A stretch of DNA of 60,304 nt, filler included, from Sphacelaria rigidula (GCA_964200075.2; 9 parts of 9 records of this genome joined end to end with filler, not necessarily neighbours in it); one strand, 5' to 3'; shown: positions 1-12,100, numbered from the whole stretch's first letter. A program made the numbers and translations. The notes: a model not told the origin generated them from the sequence alone.

Positions 1-127
1 CCCGCCCCCTCCCAAAACGGAGTCGTGAAAAATGTGCAAAGGCAGAAGGCAAGCAACAAACGCGAGCAACCCCCCACCTCCCCCCCCCCCCTCCACTGAA
101 ACCTCAACTGTCTCGGTGTATGTGCAG

Positions 128-232
128 ATAATCACGGCAGTCCTAGGTATTTTTGGAGTGGGCGTGTTTGCTGTACCTGTGGGTCTTCTAGGGGCCGGCT
201 TCGAGGAGTGGGTCGAAACCATCCAGAGCAAG
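128..232 (+). CDS. Voltage-gated K+/cation channel (ion transport domain), exon A: S6 helix
   Basis: cag|...|gtaatt boundaries, phase 0-0. IITAVLGIFGVGVFAVPVGLLGAGFEEW resembles Kv S6 (G-x-x-F-A-L-P-x-G-I-L-G-x-G-F). Confidence 0.85.
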
Positions 233-339
233 GTAATTATTAATAAGCAAACTGTGCGACGTAGTCGTCCAGCTGGGGTCCAACGTCTAGCCCTTTTTTG
301 CAGACATTTCCTAGCGAGTCCATTTGTGCCCTTGAATTT

Positions 340-862
340 TTCACGTCATGGAAGCCTGGACGGAGCACGCCTGATTTTCGCCGGACCAGGCTCGCAATCA
401 ATCACCAAGCGTGAAGCATCGTGATTTGTTTGGCGAGTTGCATAAAGAGTGAGCTGCATCCTGCTAGGATTATTCGGCCCGAAGCGTACTGACCATGTTG
501 CATTTGGATGACAGCCTCCAATGAGTTGCTTTATTTTCTGGTATCGCCACTTTCAGAGACAGCCACGGCGTACAAACTGCCTCATGGGTGTCTCACCATG
601 TATACGTAGTATGATGATCTCCTTTGCGCGGAATTGAGGTTCTTCCACCCCGCGCAATATGATGTAGCTCGACCACCATCATGGTTCCAGCATAAAAAAC
701 GCAAGCGCGCAAAAAATCGGTAACCTGGTTGCCTACCTTACGCAGCGAGTGTCGTGCTTTTCAGCGTCATTGCCAATCGACGCCAACCCCGCAGATGATC
801 CGTCCCTACAAAGCCGGGACGGGGCACGCCGGGTTTTCGCCGTATCAGGCTGGGGGGGGGGG
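340..862 (-). mobile_element. Dispersed repeat family A (3' region of a non-LTR retroelement), two fragments
   Basis: The same sequence (gctcgcaatcaccaagcg...ctgcctcatgggtgtctcacc) recurs at 26849, 33561 and 53845, and inverted at about 26655-26748. Confidence 0.75.
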
Positions 863-1628
863 TTCTGTAAGCTAGGAAAATGGGTGGGTTCGAAACGATC
901 TAAAGTTGATGGCGGCGGTACACGAATGAAGCACTTTAGTGTACTATCGTCAACATGCCGAACCGCCACCTTTCCGTTTTGGTTAATCTATGCACACGTT
1001 TGCACACGTGCGGTGCATACTGGCAGACAACGAAGCATCGATGTAAAGGTGTCCATGTCACCCTGGATCATGTTATCATGTAGCAGCTTGCGCCGTTTGT
1101 GTCGACTCGCTAGGCACGACAAAAGCTGTTTTGACGGATGCTTCTGGTGTGCCACACACGAACGCGGCATATGCTCGACGTGAAATTCTAGAGTGGGAAC
1201 ATCGACAGTATAGGGTGCATGACGAGTGAAAAGACGCCGAAGACTCAACAGTCGCAGATTTTGATATGTCGTGAGTGTGCTACGCCGGCCCTCTCTCTTG
1301 CTGGAAGTGGCAAGTGCAAGCACAGAAGTAATGTTTGCTTCTCCTGTTGTACGTTGTCAGATGCAGGTGATGGTGCTTCTCTGTGGATGTCGGTTCGCTA
1401 TGATGTGTGTCTGCTATGATGATCGCTTGAATGGTATTGTCTCGTGCCTGCCTGTGTATTCAGACGACATAGGACGTTGTCGTTTGATGAGTGTGTCGAT
1501 GATGGTGATGGTGATGATGCCGTTACGCGGTTGTGGTTGTTATCCAAAATATGATGAAATATTTTCGTCAATTGCTCTCTCTTTTTCTTCTCTTTCTTGG
1601 TCACCATGGTGTGTGCCGAATTCAACAG

Positions 1629-1713
1629 AGTGCGAAAAAATGCTCGGATTCGCCCACCACCAGCAGCTTGACCGGAGTCACCCAGCCTTCAACATTCGGC
1701 GGTGGACGCCACG
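1629..1713 (+). CDS. Channel exon B: inter-domain linker
   Basis: cag|AGT...CAC G|gtaagc, 85 nt, phase 0 to 1, which bridges exons A and C exactly. SAKKCSDSPTTSSLTGVTQPSTFGGGRH. Confidence 0.7.
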
Positions 1714-2589
1714 GTAAGCGCTTTCCAAGATGTCCATGCTCAGCGTACGGCGGGCAGGGTGCGGATACCCTGAAGTAATCGAACTCAAGGTACTCCTGAG
1801 TACCACAATCGGTATTCCATTCGGCGAGCGATGGCCGGAGGACCCTGCCATGTTGGGTAATTGTTTGGCACTAGATAATCCAGCTATCCTGGTGCGTTCG
1901 ATCGATGGATGGATTTATATATTGCTGCACGTAACCTGATTCGCTACGGGTCCGACCGTGGTAATTAGATAAAAGATGGACGTGCGTAAGGCCGCTTCTC
2001 AAAGTGAAAAAACGGACTCTCTGAGAACTGCCCTTTTCGCGCCGTTCATCGTGGATTTTGGGCGAGAGACGGGCCTTGGCGGATTGGGCCTCCTCTGAAA
2101 ATTTCGCTATGCTTTCCAAGAGGGTTCCATCGCACTTTTCTGATTTTTCGTACGCCCAGTTGTGCTTCTGACCGAACTCCCGATTTCTTCACTCGCCCCA
2201 GAAGTCTTCGAGTTGTCGGGGGGGCGACGTAGATTGCCTGCTCTATCCCACCCCCGTTCCAGTGAGTCATGGTACATGATGGTGACGTTACGGGCCACGA
2301 CTATCTGGACAGTGCTGAGATCCATTTTTTATTTGAACGCTCTCGTCCAACGCACATAAATCAACCAAACGTGATTGGGGTAGGATACCGTACTCGTATT
2401 TTGTGTTTCTTTTGTGGGGGGTATTTGTAGTACCCTGTGCTGGGTACCCAGGGTATGAATACCTCAAAATACCCTATCCTGTGCCCTACCGTACGGCATT
2501 TGAGGAATTCCGACATCAATTGTTGGTGGCGTGGTAAATTATGAATCACGAGTGGTGAAGTTGTACGTTCAAGGTCATACCGCACGAGT

Positions 2590-3110
2590 CACGAAGTGGG
2601 AATGTGTACATTCCGAGTAGTGTCACGCGAATCAAGAGTGCAAAAAATGTGCAAATCACAATTCCTGTACAAATCGTTGGTGGGAAATATGTGCGCTTGA
2701 TCCATCTCGTATGAAATATAGGGGAAGGGCGTGTATGTATGATTCATGCTGTGTGAAGGGGAACTGGGAAGCATGCACACACAATTCACCTCGTACGGAT
2801 GGGCGGCGGAGAACATGTAGTGTGATCCATGCCGCATGAAAAGAGGCTGGGGAACAAGTACGTTTGATTCAACTCGCATGAATGAAAGGTGGGGAACATG
2901 TACCCCTTATCATGCTGCATCAATGAAGGGTAGGATATATGTACGCTCGATTCATGGCGTATGGACGGGAGGTGGGAAACATGTACCCATGATTCACGCT
3001 GCACGAATGCTAGGTATATGAATCACGGGATTCATACTGCACGAATCATCGGGAGAAATGCAGTATGTATCTTTGATTCATGCCGTATAAACGGAAGGTT
3101 TCGTACTCAT
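2590..3110 (+). repeat. Degenerate ~42-bp minisatellite array (intronic)
   Basis: Recurring gggaaacatgtacctatgattcatgctgcatgaatggaaggt-like units; boundaries approximate. Confidence 0.75.
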
Positions 3111-3819
3111 GTAGTCTGTTGTCCGCTGTACAGATTGTACAGTACTATGCTGTGCCGTCCTGTACTGTACGTGCCCCTACTGTAATGTCCGCTGACTGCA
3201 GTGGGCGCTGCGGGAGTGTTTCCGGAAACTCGTGCTAACATGCGGGGATGTCTCTTGCAGTACTGGTGCTGTCTGAAGCTGTCTTCGTACTGTGTTGTAT
3301 ACTCAGGCCAACTGTATCGCAGAACAAAACATGAAACTGCAGGACGGCCGCCAGTAGCTTAGCTCGGGATATAAACTGCTAAAAAATTCGCCCTACGCGC
3401 GCAGATGCGTTCTGGGCTCTGCTGTACCGTACTGTCTACGGACTGCCGTGTACGCTCCCGGAGTTTTCCCGAGATGTCCCGCAGACATGCGGAGACGACT
3501 CGTGCTGGTGCTGTCTTTTTCGCAGGTGTTGATGGTGTTGTCTTCAGTACATCCAGGCCAACCGTACCACAGAACACAACATGGAACCGCAAAGGAAACC
3601 GCAAAGGCTGTCAAAAACGTGGCTCAAGAAAATAAGTGGCTACGAGAACCGCTCTGGGCACGCAGATGCGCGTGTTGTGCTATACGTGATGTGTTGTGTC
3701 AACATGCGAGTACAACATTTGAAATTTGGTTGCTTGGAGATAGATATGGTTTTGAAAGGTTTGCGACCTGTGCGCTCTTACTTTCCTACTGCACCTGAAA
3801 AGAGGCCGCGGCACCGGAA

Positions 3820-4215
3820 AGTTGCGCCCCATGAAATGACAGGTGGGAAACAACATGTTCTCATTGTTCATGTCATGGGAAGAGAAGGTGGGGGACATGT
3901 ACGTATGATTCATGCTGCATGCGTGGAAATCGGGAAACATGCACGCTTGATTCATCTCCTAGGGATGGAAGGTAAGGAGCATGTACCTATGATTCATGTT
4001 AAATGGATGGAAGGGGAGAAACATGTACCTATGATTCGTGGCGTATGAATCGAAAGTGGGGAACGTGCGCCTGTGACTCATGCTGCATGAATGGAAGTTA
4101 GGGAAACATGCGCCCATGATCCATACCATTCCAATAGAATGCGGGAAACGTGTACATTCTTCGGTGTACCGCACGAATTCCGGAACTGGGAATGTGTACA
4201 CTCCAAACAGTGTCG
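3820..4215 (+). repeat. Second ~42-bp minisatellite array
   Basis: Same unit as 2590-3110; it produces the 14-aa periodic pseudo-ORF 3581..4048. Confidence 0.75.
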
Positions 4216-4717
4216 CACGATCACGAGCCCATGATACGTACGAACCACAACTTGTGTACGGCTAGTATGATTGATTCGTACAAATCTTGAAAATGAGTCG
4301 AGTAACGATCTTATTCATCCGAACCGTGATATATACATGATCCAAAAGAGCTGCAAGGAGGGAATGTCGCCTTGTGGTGTGCCTTATGGTATGTGTTGTG
4401 TTCCAACACCCTCGAACCTCTTGACAAGATATTTTTTTTGGGATGGGATTTCGACTGAACAAGCACTGGTTTGTCGATGCCCAGCTGCAGATGTTGCGGC
4501 ATGGGGCTCATATGAAACCACAGCCACTACTTTCGCTGCGAACTCTTCAATCCCTTCGGCACCAGATTCGACACGACCGAGGTTGTGTTCGGTGGGGTAT
4601 ACCGGCTGAAATGAGGGTGTTTGCGGGAGTGTAGACGGGGTATTTTATCGGTAAATGCCCTTCCAAACGATACCGGAGTATTCGGAACAGGGCTCCATAC
4701 CCTGTTGAAGGATTCCG

Positions 4718-4974
4718 CACGTCGGACAGATCATGTTCCATTTGAAAATGACTTCTTCTCAGTATACTGATATGGATCATGATCCGGATCGTTTGACCCC
4801 CCCTTTTCCATGTTTGCTCCTTTCAGCGCGGGACGCCGAGCACGCCGAGTAGCGCAAAAGTTGCGCTTTGATTTCTGTGACTCCCCGGTAAAATATTTTT
4901 GTTTTTGGACCGACGAATTCGAGAGTCTTCTTTGATTAGGTGTTTTAGACAGATCGTGATCTGTCCGACCTGTG
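4718..4974. mobile_element. MITE-like element
   Basis: Terminal inverted repeats cacgtcggacagatca / tgatctgtccgacctgtg; a related copy lies at about 51223-51574. Confidence 0.6.
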
Positions 4975-5220
4975 AAGGATACCGGGATATTCGGTACACA
5001 TTCCAGTATGGTTTGGTACGCCATCCAAAAGCGTCTCCCACTTCCGGGTATACCCTGCAAAACGCAACCGTGGACACGACCGCTATTAACAGGGTCGGCC
5101 ACAAAAAGTACTAACAGTCGATACCCTGTCTAATACTACTCCTGCTACTACTACTACTACTGATTGCTCTTGCTTGCAACACGAACGATCCATTGTGCCG
5201 GTGCTGGATGTGTGTACCAG

Positions 5221-5366
5221 ACTACGAGGCTCTGGAGAGTTCATCTGACGACGCGGGCTCCAAGTCGTTCCGGAAGCAGCTGTACGTGTTTCTCGAGGCT
5301 AGGACGGCCTGGGGGCAGCGGTTCGAGAGCTTCATCATGGTCGTCATTTTCATCACCGTTACACAG
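5221..5366 (+). CDS. Channel exon C: pre-S1 and S1 of a second channel domain
   Basis: ccag|...CAG|gtgccg, phase 1 to 0. SFRKQLYVFLEARTAWGQRFESFIMVVIFITVTQ. Confidence 0.85.
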
Positions 5367-5921
5367 GTGCCGATTGCTTGTACCTTTTCGCCCGGCGTTT
5401 TTTCATATGTTCATGTATCATTTCCTCTCTTCCTTCCTTTGTTTGTTTGTTTCCAACTGTGTTATTTTTCCCCCGGGGTAGGTGCTTTTTCCCTGCTTAA
5501 GAGCTAGTCTGGATTTTCCCCTTCCCGTATGTGGTGTTGTGCTGTCCGTATTCTGCCTTTTCGATGTAACACGTTTTTCTGATGTATGAGGACGTTGCCC
5601 CCCGTTACGCGCTTTGTTTGAAATTCTTGGAAGAGCGTGACCCGACACAAAGTTATTGTGAGCCCGATTGTAACGGCATTGTACGCTCCGATGGAACGCT
5701 ATCTTGGCAAGTATGACATGGCCACCGGGAACTGCGACACACGGTTTCACGTATGATGGAGCTTACATCAAATCGCTGTTTCCGTTGTAGTCTTCGCCCT
5801 CGATGTTTACCCCGTTTCGAGTGTTACAGTCGTTGTGCTGCTGCTTTTGCTGTGTTATTGATGATGTTGTCCTTGTCGTTGTTTTGCTTCCGTGTCTCGG
5901 ATTTTCCAAAAAATCCGCCAG

Positions 5922-6062
5922 GCAATCGTGATGACCATGCCGTCCATCTGCGCCGACGAGACCCACTGCCCGTCGGCGTTCGACTCCGTGGAGCTCGTGG
6001 CCGTTGTTATCTTCACCGTGGAGTATCTGTTGAGGCTGTACGCTGCTCCCGAGGCCTATCCT
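5922..6062 (+). CDS. Channel exon D: S1-S2 loop and S2
   Basis: ccag|...CCT|gtgagt, phase 0-0. FDSVELVAVVIFTVEYLLRLYAA is a canonical Kv S2 motif (FTxEYxLR). Confidence 0.9.
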
Positions 6063-6277
6063 GTGAGTCGATCGCTTCTGCCTCCTGCTGGTTGTTGCTA
6101 CCATCTCTGGTTTTCTCATCCGCACTCGCGTCTTCGTTGTTTTACTACCTTTCGCTGCTTATGTTGCTGCCTAGCTTTCATGGCCATGGTCTGCTTTTCC
6201 TGTGTTTTCTTTGCCCATTTCTTGTCTTGGCCGCGGTTTTTGTCGATGTTGTCATAATCCAATTGTCGTCGTCGTGG

Positions 6278-6310
<33 letters not shown>
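6278..6310. repeat. (GTT)n microsatellite
   Basis: Seen directly. Confidence 0.9.
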
Positions 6311-6311
<1 letters not shown>

Positions 6312-6539
6312 GTTTATTTGCTGCTGCCGCTCTGGTAGTAGCCTTGCTTATTTCTTGGCGTACTCCTCAGTAAGTTTGCTTTTGTACGGAGAATGATAAT
6401 GTAGCGCTGTCTAGGTTGGATGTTCTGACTGCTGCTCTTTGCCCTTCAATCTTCATCTTTTTTCATTACACTTTCAACCCCTCCCCTTCCGAGGGATAAG
6501 CCCCTAGTGTGGAATGGATCCACCAGTCCCTCCCCCGGT

Positions 6540-6612
6540 ATATGCTCCGTCTCGAAAGGGATGCGTGGTCAATGGTCAAACGACTAAGGCAAGCAACAAA
6601 TGAGTACGCCCC
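6540..6612 (+). mobile_element. 3' end of LINE family B, truncated copy at contig end
   Basis: ggtcaatggtcaaacgactaaggcaagcaacaaatgagtacgcccc is the reverse complement of the LINE terminus at about 53290 and 54260. Confidence 0.75.
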
Positions 6613-6712
6613 NNNNNNNNNNNNNNNNNNNNNNNNNNNNNNNNNNNNNNNNNNNNTTAATTAATTAANNNNNNNNNNNNNNNNNNNNNNNNNNNNNNNN
6701 NNNNNNNNNNNN
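6613..6712. other. Artificial contig spacer
   Basis: N44-TTAATTAATTAA-N44 (stop codons in six frames). Confidence 0.98.
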
Positions 6713-6959
6713 ATGACACAGGTCTGCAGATCAGTTGGACATTACAGCGTGTGTGTGAACCGGGTCGTACAGCTCGTCGCTCGGTAAATATGTACGGGTC
6801 AAGCGGGTCCTACAGATCACCATTGGACAAGCATGTACAGGTGACAGCACACCTCATACAGATCATGATTTATGCCCCAAACGAGCTGACCCGGATCTGT
6901 CACGACTTGATCCGTCCGACGTGTGAATTAGTCGTGTATGTGCGCGAAATTCCGGCAAA

Positions 6960-7300
6960 AGCGGGAAGATTGGGACTTTCAGGTACATGTTCCCTCATTG
7001 CCATACAGTATGAACCATAGGCACATATGTTCCCCACCTTCCATGCACACGCCATGAACCATAGGTACATGCTTCTCCACTTCCATTCATGCAACATGAA
7101 TCATAGGTATATGTTTCCCACCTTTCAGTCATACTAGGAATCAAGGGTACATGTTTCCCTATTTACATTCATGCAGCATGAATCATACGCGCATGTTCGT
7201 CGCTTTCCATTCATACGAGGTGAATCAAGCGTACATGTTTCCAAATTTCCAGTCATGCAGCATGAATCATACATACATGTTCCCCACCTGCGTGAAGGAG
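6960..7300 (-). repeat. ~42-bp minisatellite, same family as in contig 1
   Basis: Reverse-complement units (catgaatcataggtacatgtttcccc...). Confidence 0.75.
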
Positions 7301-7447
7301 CAATGCTACGATACGGGTGCACTTTTTTTGCGAAACTGTGGCTAGTTCAGGGGCTCCTAACGATTCGAGATGCACAAGAACATGGGACAGGGCACCCCCG
7401 TTTGCAAATTCATTCGGGATATCCCCAGCACATTGGAGTAGTAATCC

Positions 7448-7457
7448 NNNNNNNNNN
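7448..7457. other. Internal assembly gap (10 N)
   Basis: Seen directly. Confidence 0.95.
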
Positions 7458-8689
7458 CACATATTTTCATAGGTCGTGTTTTGCTTGAGATGAAGGGCTC
7501 CTAACAATTCTAACCTCAGGAAATATTTGTGCACCCCTACCGTAGCATCACTCGAAGGTACAACTTTACCATCCGTGGTTCATGTCACGGATTTATTGGT
7601 CACTTTCCAGTCGACTAGGCTCCATGTGTCATACTTTTGTCATACTTGGTATCAGATTGTCTACCCATGTTTTCACAAAGCTTTTAGGATTGATCCCAGC
7701 ACGTACAGCAGCTACTAACCTGTGCGCCGATAATACAAGAAGCATTCACGCCACTCATGGACTGCGATATCAGAGGTGTCGCTGGTCTTCGTCTAAAGTA
7801 AGCCTGACTTACCTGCAGCTGGTGTTCCCTCGAGCATGCGCTCGACGCACTGCAGGTGGAGATTTACTGTGAACATTAGTTGAACCATCTTGCACACACA
7901 ATCATCATCGAGCTCGGTCGGATCCTGGTGCTTGCATGTCTGTTGAGATGACTGCTCGGTTGCCCACGAATAGGCACCCTTCACCTCTAGACATTCACCT
8001 CGTGATTCGCGACATGGTGCCCAACCCGTATTTTACGTGCGTGCCGATGGTGTCACCCCCGGCTACGTCCCACCAAAATAGCCAAAATATTTGTTTTTTT
8101 GGGGGGGTTTTATCGCGTCATGAGTTTGATCCGCACTGCAACATCGATGTGCCAGGTATGCTGCATCGGATCTTGCACTCTTTTGTCCTGTCATTTACTT
8201 ACCCTACGTGCGTTGAGCATGAAATGTTGAGCATGGGCTATGTAGTTTGTTTTTGTCCCGTGGTGCCCTGTGTTCCTCCCTGGGTTTGCCCCGTGGGTGC
8301 CCTGTGCTCCGTATTCCCGCCCCCTGCATAATTATACCGTACTCATACCCAAACAGATCATCGGGTGAACAGAACCAGTTGCTCTCGCCACAACAGTGTC
8401 ACGCGCCATGATGTGACGGAGGTAACCAGACGTTCAAAGCACAATGACGTGAGCTGATATTAAATTGAATAAAAGGCAATACGGTTGCACGAGAACATGG
8501 ACGAGCATCTGAACGAGCTCATCAGAAGGTGCTACAATTTTACATCCCGGCGGACTCGTCATTTCACTTCACGCTGCATAATGGAGACGACTATTCTTCA
8601 GGGCTTCTCGGGGCTGCTCTTACACATAGCCGTCGTGTCTATCCATGCTGCTGTAGTGTCTTCGCCGCACGGCTGTGCTGTTGTTCGTC

Positions 8690-8860
8690 GCTGCCGCGCC
8701 GCCGCTGTGTGTTGTTCCTGTTGCTGCTGCTGTTGTTGTCTTTTGTTGTTGTCTTTTGTTGTTGTCTGTTGTTGTTGTTGTTGCTGTTGTTGCTGCTGCT
8801 GCTGCTGCCGCTGCTGCTGTGTTGCTGCTGCTGCTACCGCTGCTATTGCTGCTGCTGCTG
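8690..8860. repeat. Mixed (GCT/GTT)n microsatellite tract
   Basis: Seen directly; it explains the poly-C/L/Q/A ORFs. Confidence 0.9.
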
Positions 8861-9224
8861 TTTCCACCGTGCTTTCCGCTACCCTGAGTTGCTGTTGTTG
8901 TCCCGCTTGTTGTGTTGCTACTTTTTGCCTCTACCGCCTACTGTCGGCTGTACTTTTCTTGCTTGCTGTCGCATCGCATGTCGTCATATGCACGCGTATT
9001 TTCCGCCCTTGATTTTTGTCACTATCGCCTGCATTGTATTACCTTCGCCTGACCAACACCACTCACCCATAATATCACCGCTGTACCTAACCAGCAATGA
9101 TCGTGTTCCAGGCGTTTTCCAATTTCTTTCGGTCTTGTTTATTTTTCTTTCACCTTACATAGTCACATTCTTTGCATCTCCGGGTGTCGTGTCGGCGTTA
9201 ACTGTCTTATGAGCCACTCGATTG

Positions 9225-10200
9225 TATTTTGATTGTCTCATCATTTGCGTCGCCATCGTCTTGATCTGTAGAGCTGCACTATTTTTTATTTTATGTTTTG
9301 ATAATTTTATATTTTATTTTGATAATCTGTGACGCCAGCCAGTGGAAGCACTGTTGGATCACTGCTGTTGAGGGACTCCCCAGTCTTACTGGCCTCAGTT
9401 TCAGTTGTCAGCCTTCACAACATTCTCATTATTCAGGAGTGCCCTTCCAGGGTACCAGCTTTCTAGACCTGCAGATACCATCTCCATGTCCCCGGTCATT
9501 ATCCAGAACCCTCCAGAATCTCCATGCCCCTAGTCATTATCCATATCTTATCCATATCATCACTACCAACTCAGCGTACGAGTCATCCTACGATAGGGGG
9601 GGGGGGTATTTGGTTGCACGAAAAAAGAGGCTCATAGGTGTGTCACAGACGACCTGCCACACTTGCGTAGCCCTTATATTTGATTTCAAACGGTGGTAGG
9701 CAGTATGGATAATCGTTATTTATCCACAACACGCTCGTTCGAACAACCCTTGCCGCTTTCAACGACGATTTGACTCGGAATTTCGTGCAACAAGTTGCCC
9801 AAAATACCCCCCCCCTATACACATATATATATATATATTAATGGTCTGATGACTATGGCATGCATGATCATGAGTACATCCCCTATCGTAGGATGACTCG
9901 TACGGCGTATGTTCGTCACGGGTCTTATCATTTGCTCCGCCGTCGTCTTGCTCTATAGAGCTCCACTATTTTTTATTTCATGTTGTGGTAATTTTGTATT
10001 TTATTTTGATGGCCTTATCATCTGCGCCGCCGTTGTCTTGCTCTGTAAAGCTGTACTATTTTTCATTCAATGTTCTGGTAATTTTGTATTTTGATTGTCT
10101 TATCATTTGCGCCGCCGTCGTCTTGCTCTGTAGAGCTGCACTATTTTTCATTTCATGTTCTGGTACTTCTGTATTGTGTTTGGCGCTCGTGATGTTTTTC
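9225..10200. repeat. ~72-90-bp tandem repeat (about 4 units) interrupted by an insertion
   Basis: tatcatttgcgccgccgtcgtcttgctctgtagagctgcactatttttt units near 9236, 9925, 10015 and 10100. Confidence 0.75.
9575..9904. mobile_element. MITE with ~25-bp perfect TIRs
   Basis: cgtacgagtcatcctacgatagggg ... cccctatcgtaggatgactcgtacg. The TIR is also seen at 33381 and, degenerate, near 25910. Confidence 0.75.
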
Positions 10201-11019
10201 TTTTGATCGTAGGGGGGGAGGCTATCCGCAGGGCCTTGTCTGTTGCGTTGCCTGTACTCACCATGCTTGAGCAGAATTCCGCTTCTAATCGTTTCATCCG
10301 TCTGGTTCGCAACGCCGAAACACCGAATTTACCGCCCGACGCAGGACGTTTCGATTTGCGTCACGTGGTATAAAACCGATCCATATTTTCATGTACCCCG
10401 AGACTTTCAACATACACTAACCGTGCCCTCGACTACTTCCGCCCTTGTTTCACCTACACTCTTGTCCTGGGTGTGTCGCATCCCGATGAGGGAGCCAGCG
10501 CTGAACGTGATCGCGTCGAGGAGGACACGCATGGAACACTAAACAGTTTGCCAATGACGGTATGTTCCGGCGTGGAGTGTCAGCAATTCGGTTTGGTTCA
10601 GCTAATCCCGTGCACTTTTTAATAGCATTCTGGTAACAGGGTTATCACCCTGGTGTAACTGAACATGATCCCCATTTTGTCCCACACTGGTAATCGATTG
10701 TATGGTTTATTACTCACCAGATTGACTTCGTGACGCACCCTGTATCTTAGGTGGATACTACCTTGTCCCTTACTGGTACCGTAGTTGGAAACTACTTCGT
10801 TCAGTTGCTTTAAACTTGGTTTTCGATATCATGCAGTCAGTCATCTTCCCGTGCATTGCCTTGTCATTACGTATTCATTACGCAGATTTGAATGATTGAT
10901 TGATTGATTGATTGTCGCACTTTACCTGACCCCCCCGGGGTCCAGCCGTGGTCTCATGATAGACGTACCCAAAAAAAATGAAACTCAAAAATAGTTTCCC
11001 TATTTTGCCTTTTTGACCT

Positions 11020-11620
11020 TCATGCCCAACGTACCATGCGAGTTGACTGCGCGACTATGTATCTTATCTTTGACGGTTTCTTACAATCCCTACATGAGGT
11101 TTCAGACACTTATTTTGCTTATGTGATCGCTTATTCCCCTTGGGGGGGTGAAGTACGTGTTCCAAGTGTTTTGCTGGTTGTTGTACAGCGTGCACACCCT
11201 TTTCCTAAAACAACGCGGCCTCCCACCATAAGAACGCCGCATGATCAGATAAGAAGTGCACAAGGTTCTTGACCGAGGTGTTGTTGCTCGCCCCTCAACT
11301 TCCCCCTGTAACGTTTGTCGATAACACGATTTCATTGACCGAGGTGTTGCTCGCCCCTCAACTTTCCCCTGCAACGTTTGTTGACTACACGATTTTTGTT
11401 CTGGTGAATTTCGCCAAATTCATCTTTACTGCTGCAGGCTCTCAGAAGTTCCTTAGCCTGTTAATCGATAATACCGGCATACAACCAGCTCCGTCCAAAC
11501 ACAGTCGAAGAACAACCTTCTTTTTTAGACTCACCGGGTACCTTAGACAGTTTGTCCAGAAGCGTAGCATTATAGTCGCCCCGCTGACCTGATATTCTAA
11601 ACAAGTAGGAAAGCCAACAA
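11020..11620 (+). mobile_element. Decayed Ty3/Gypsy reverse transcriptase fragment
   Basis: VNFAK...KFL...IDNTGIQPAPSK...FFRLTGYLRQFVQKRSIIVAPLT resembles the Gypsy RT thumb (FLGLTGYYRRFV...IAAPLT); frameshifted. Confidence 0.6.
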
Positions 11621-11939
11621 TACTGCTACACGATATAGGTAAACGTAGGCTCTCTTTTCGCTGTCAAACTTATGTGCCGTAGAACTGCAGCAAGACTTCA
11701 CTACCACAATGCGGTCGCCTCATAATGGCTCAGCTACGATATGGCACACGAACTTGAGACCCGCCCAACAACCATCAATGTACAACTCATGCGTGTGAGG
11801 TCATGTTTCATTCCTGTACTTTGTCGCCGTGTATTGAGTACGTCGTATCTCATTATTATATTTCATTCAGCATGCCTTGTTGATTTTATTTTCTCCATGA
11901 TTATATCTACAGTTTTACAAGATTCAAGGATTTGGGGGC

Positions 11940-12100
11940 ACGGTCGCTGAAATGTTCACAGAACTGTACAAATCTTGGCCTCAGAGATGGAGTGAGTATG
12001 TTTCACGCACACTCTTGGACAATCGCACCATATTCGACGACCCGACGACATGCTACCGTCTGACACGCTTCCCTTCGAGCTCTGGACTGGCCGTAAGCAT
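11940..12100 (+). mobile_element. Possible Ty1/Copia integrase C-terminal relic
   Basis: LPSDTLPFELWTGRK resembles the Copia TPFELWxGxKP motif; short and degenerate. Confidence 0.35.

Noticed and set aside
2590..4215. 42-bp periodic array as a CRISPR array or His-repeat protein
   Set aside because: The units are degenerate along their whole length, with no constant repeat plus unique spacer. There are no cas genes, the array is intronic and the frames are interrupted by stops.
5753..6373. 206-aa hydrophobic ORF
   Set aside because: It overlaps the real exon in another frame; the hydrophobicity comes from T-rich intron sequence and (GTT)n.
6657..6668. TTAATTAATTAA recurring about every 6.7 kb as a biological repeat
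   Set aside because: It is always embedded in 44+44 N, so it is a synthetic linker.
8485..9212. Poly-Cys/Leu/Gln ORFs
   Set aside because: They are translations of a trinucleotide microsatellite.
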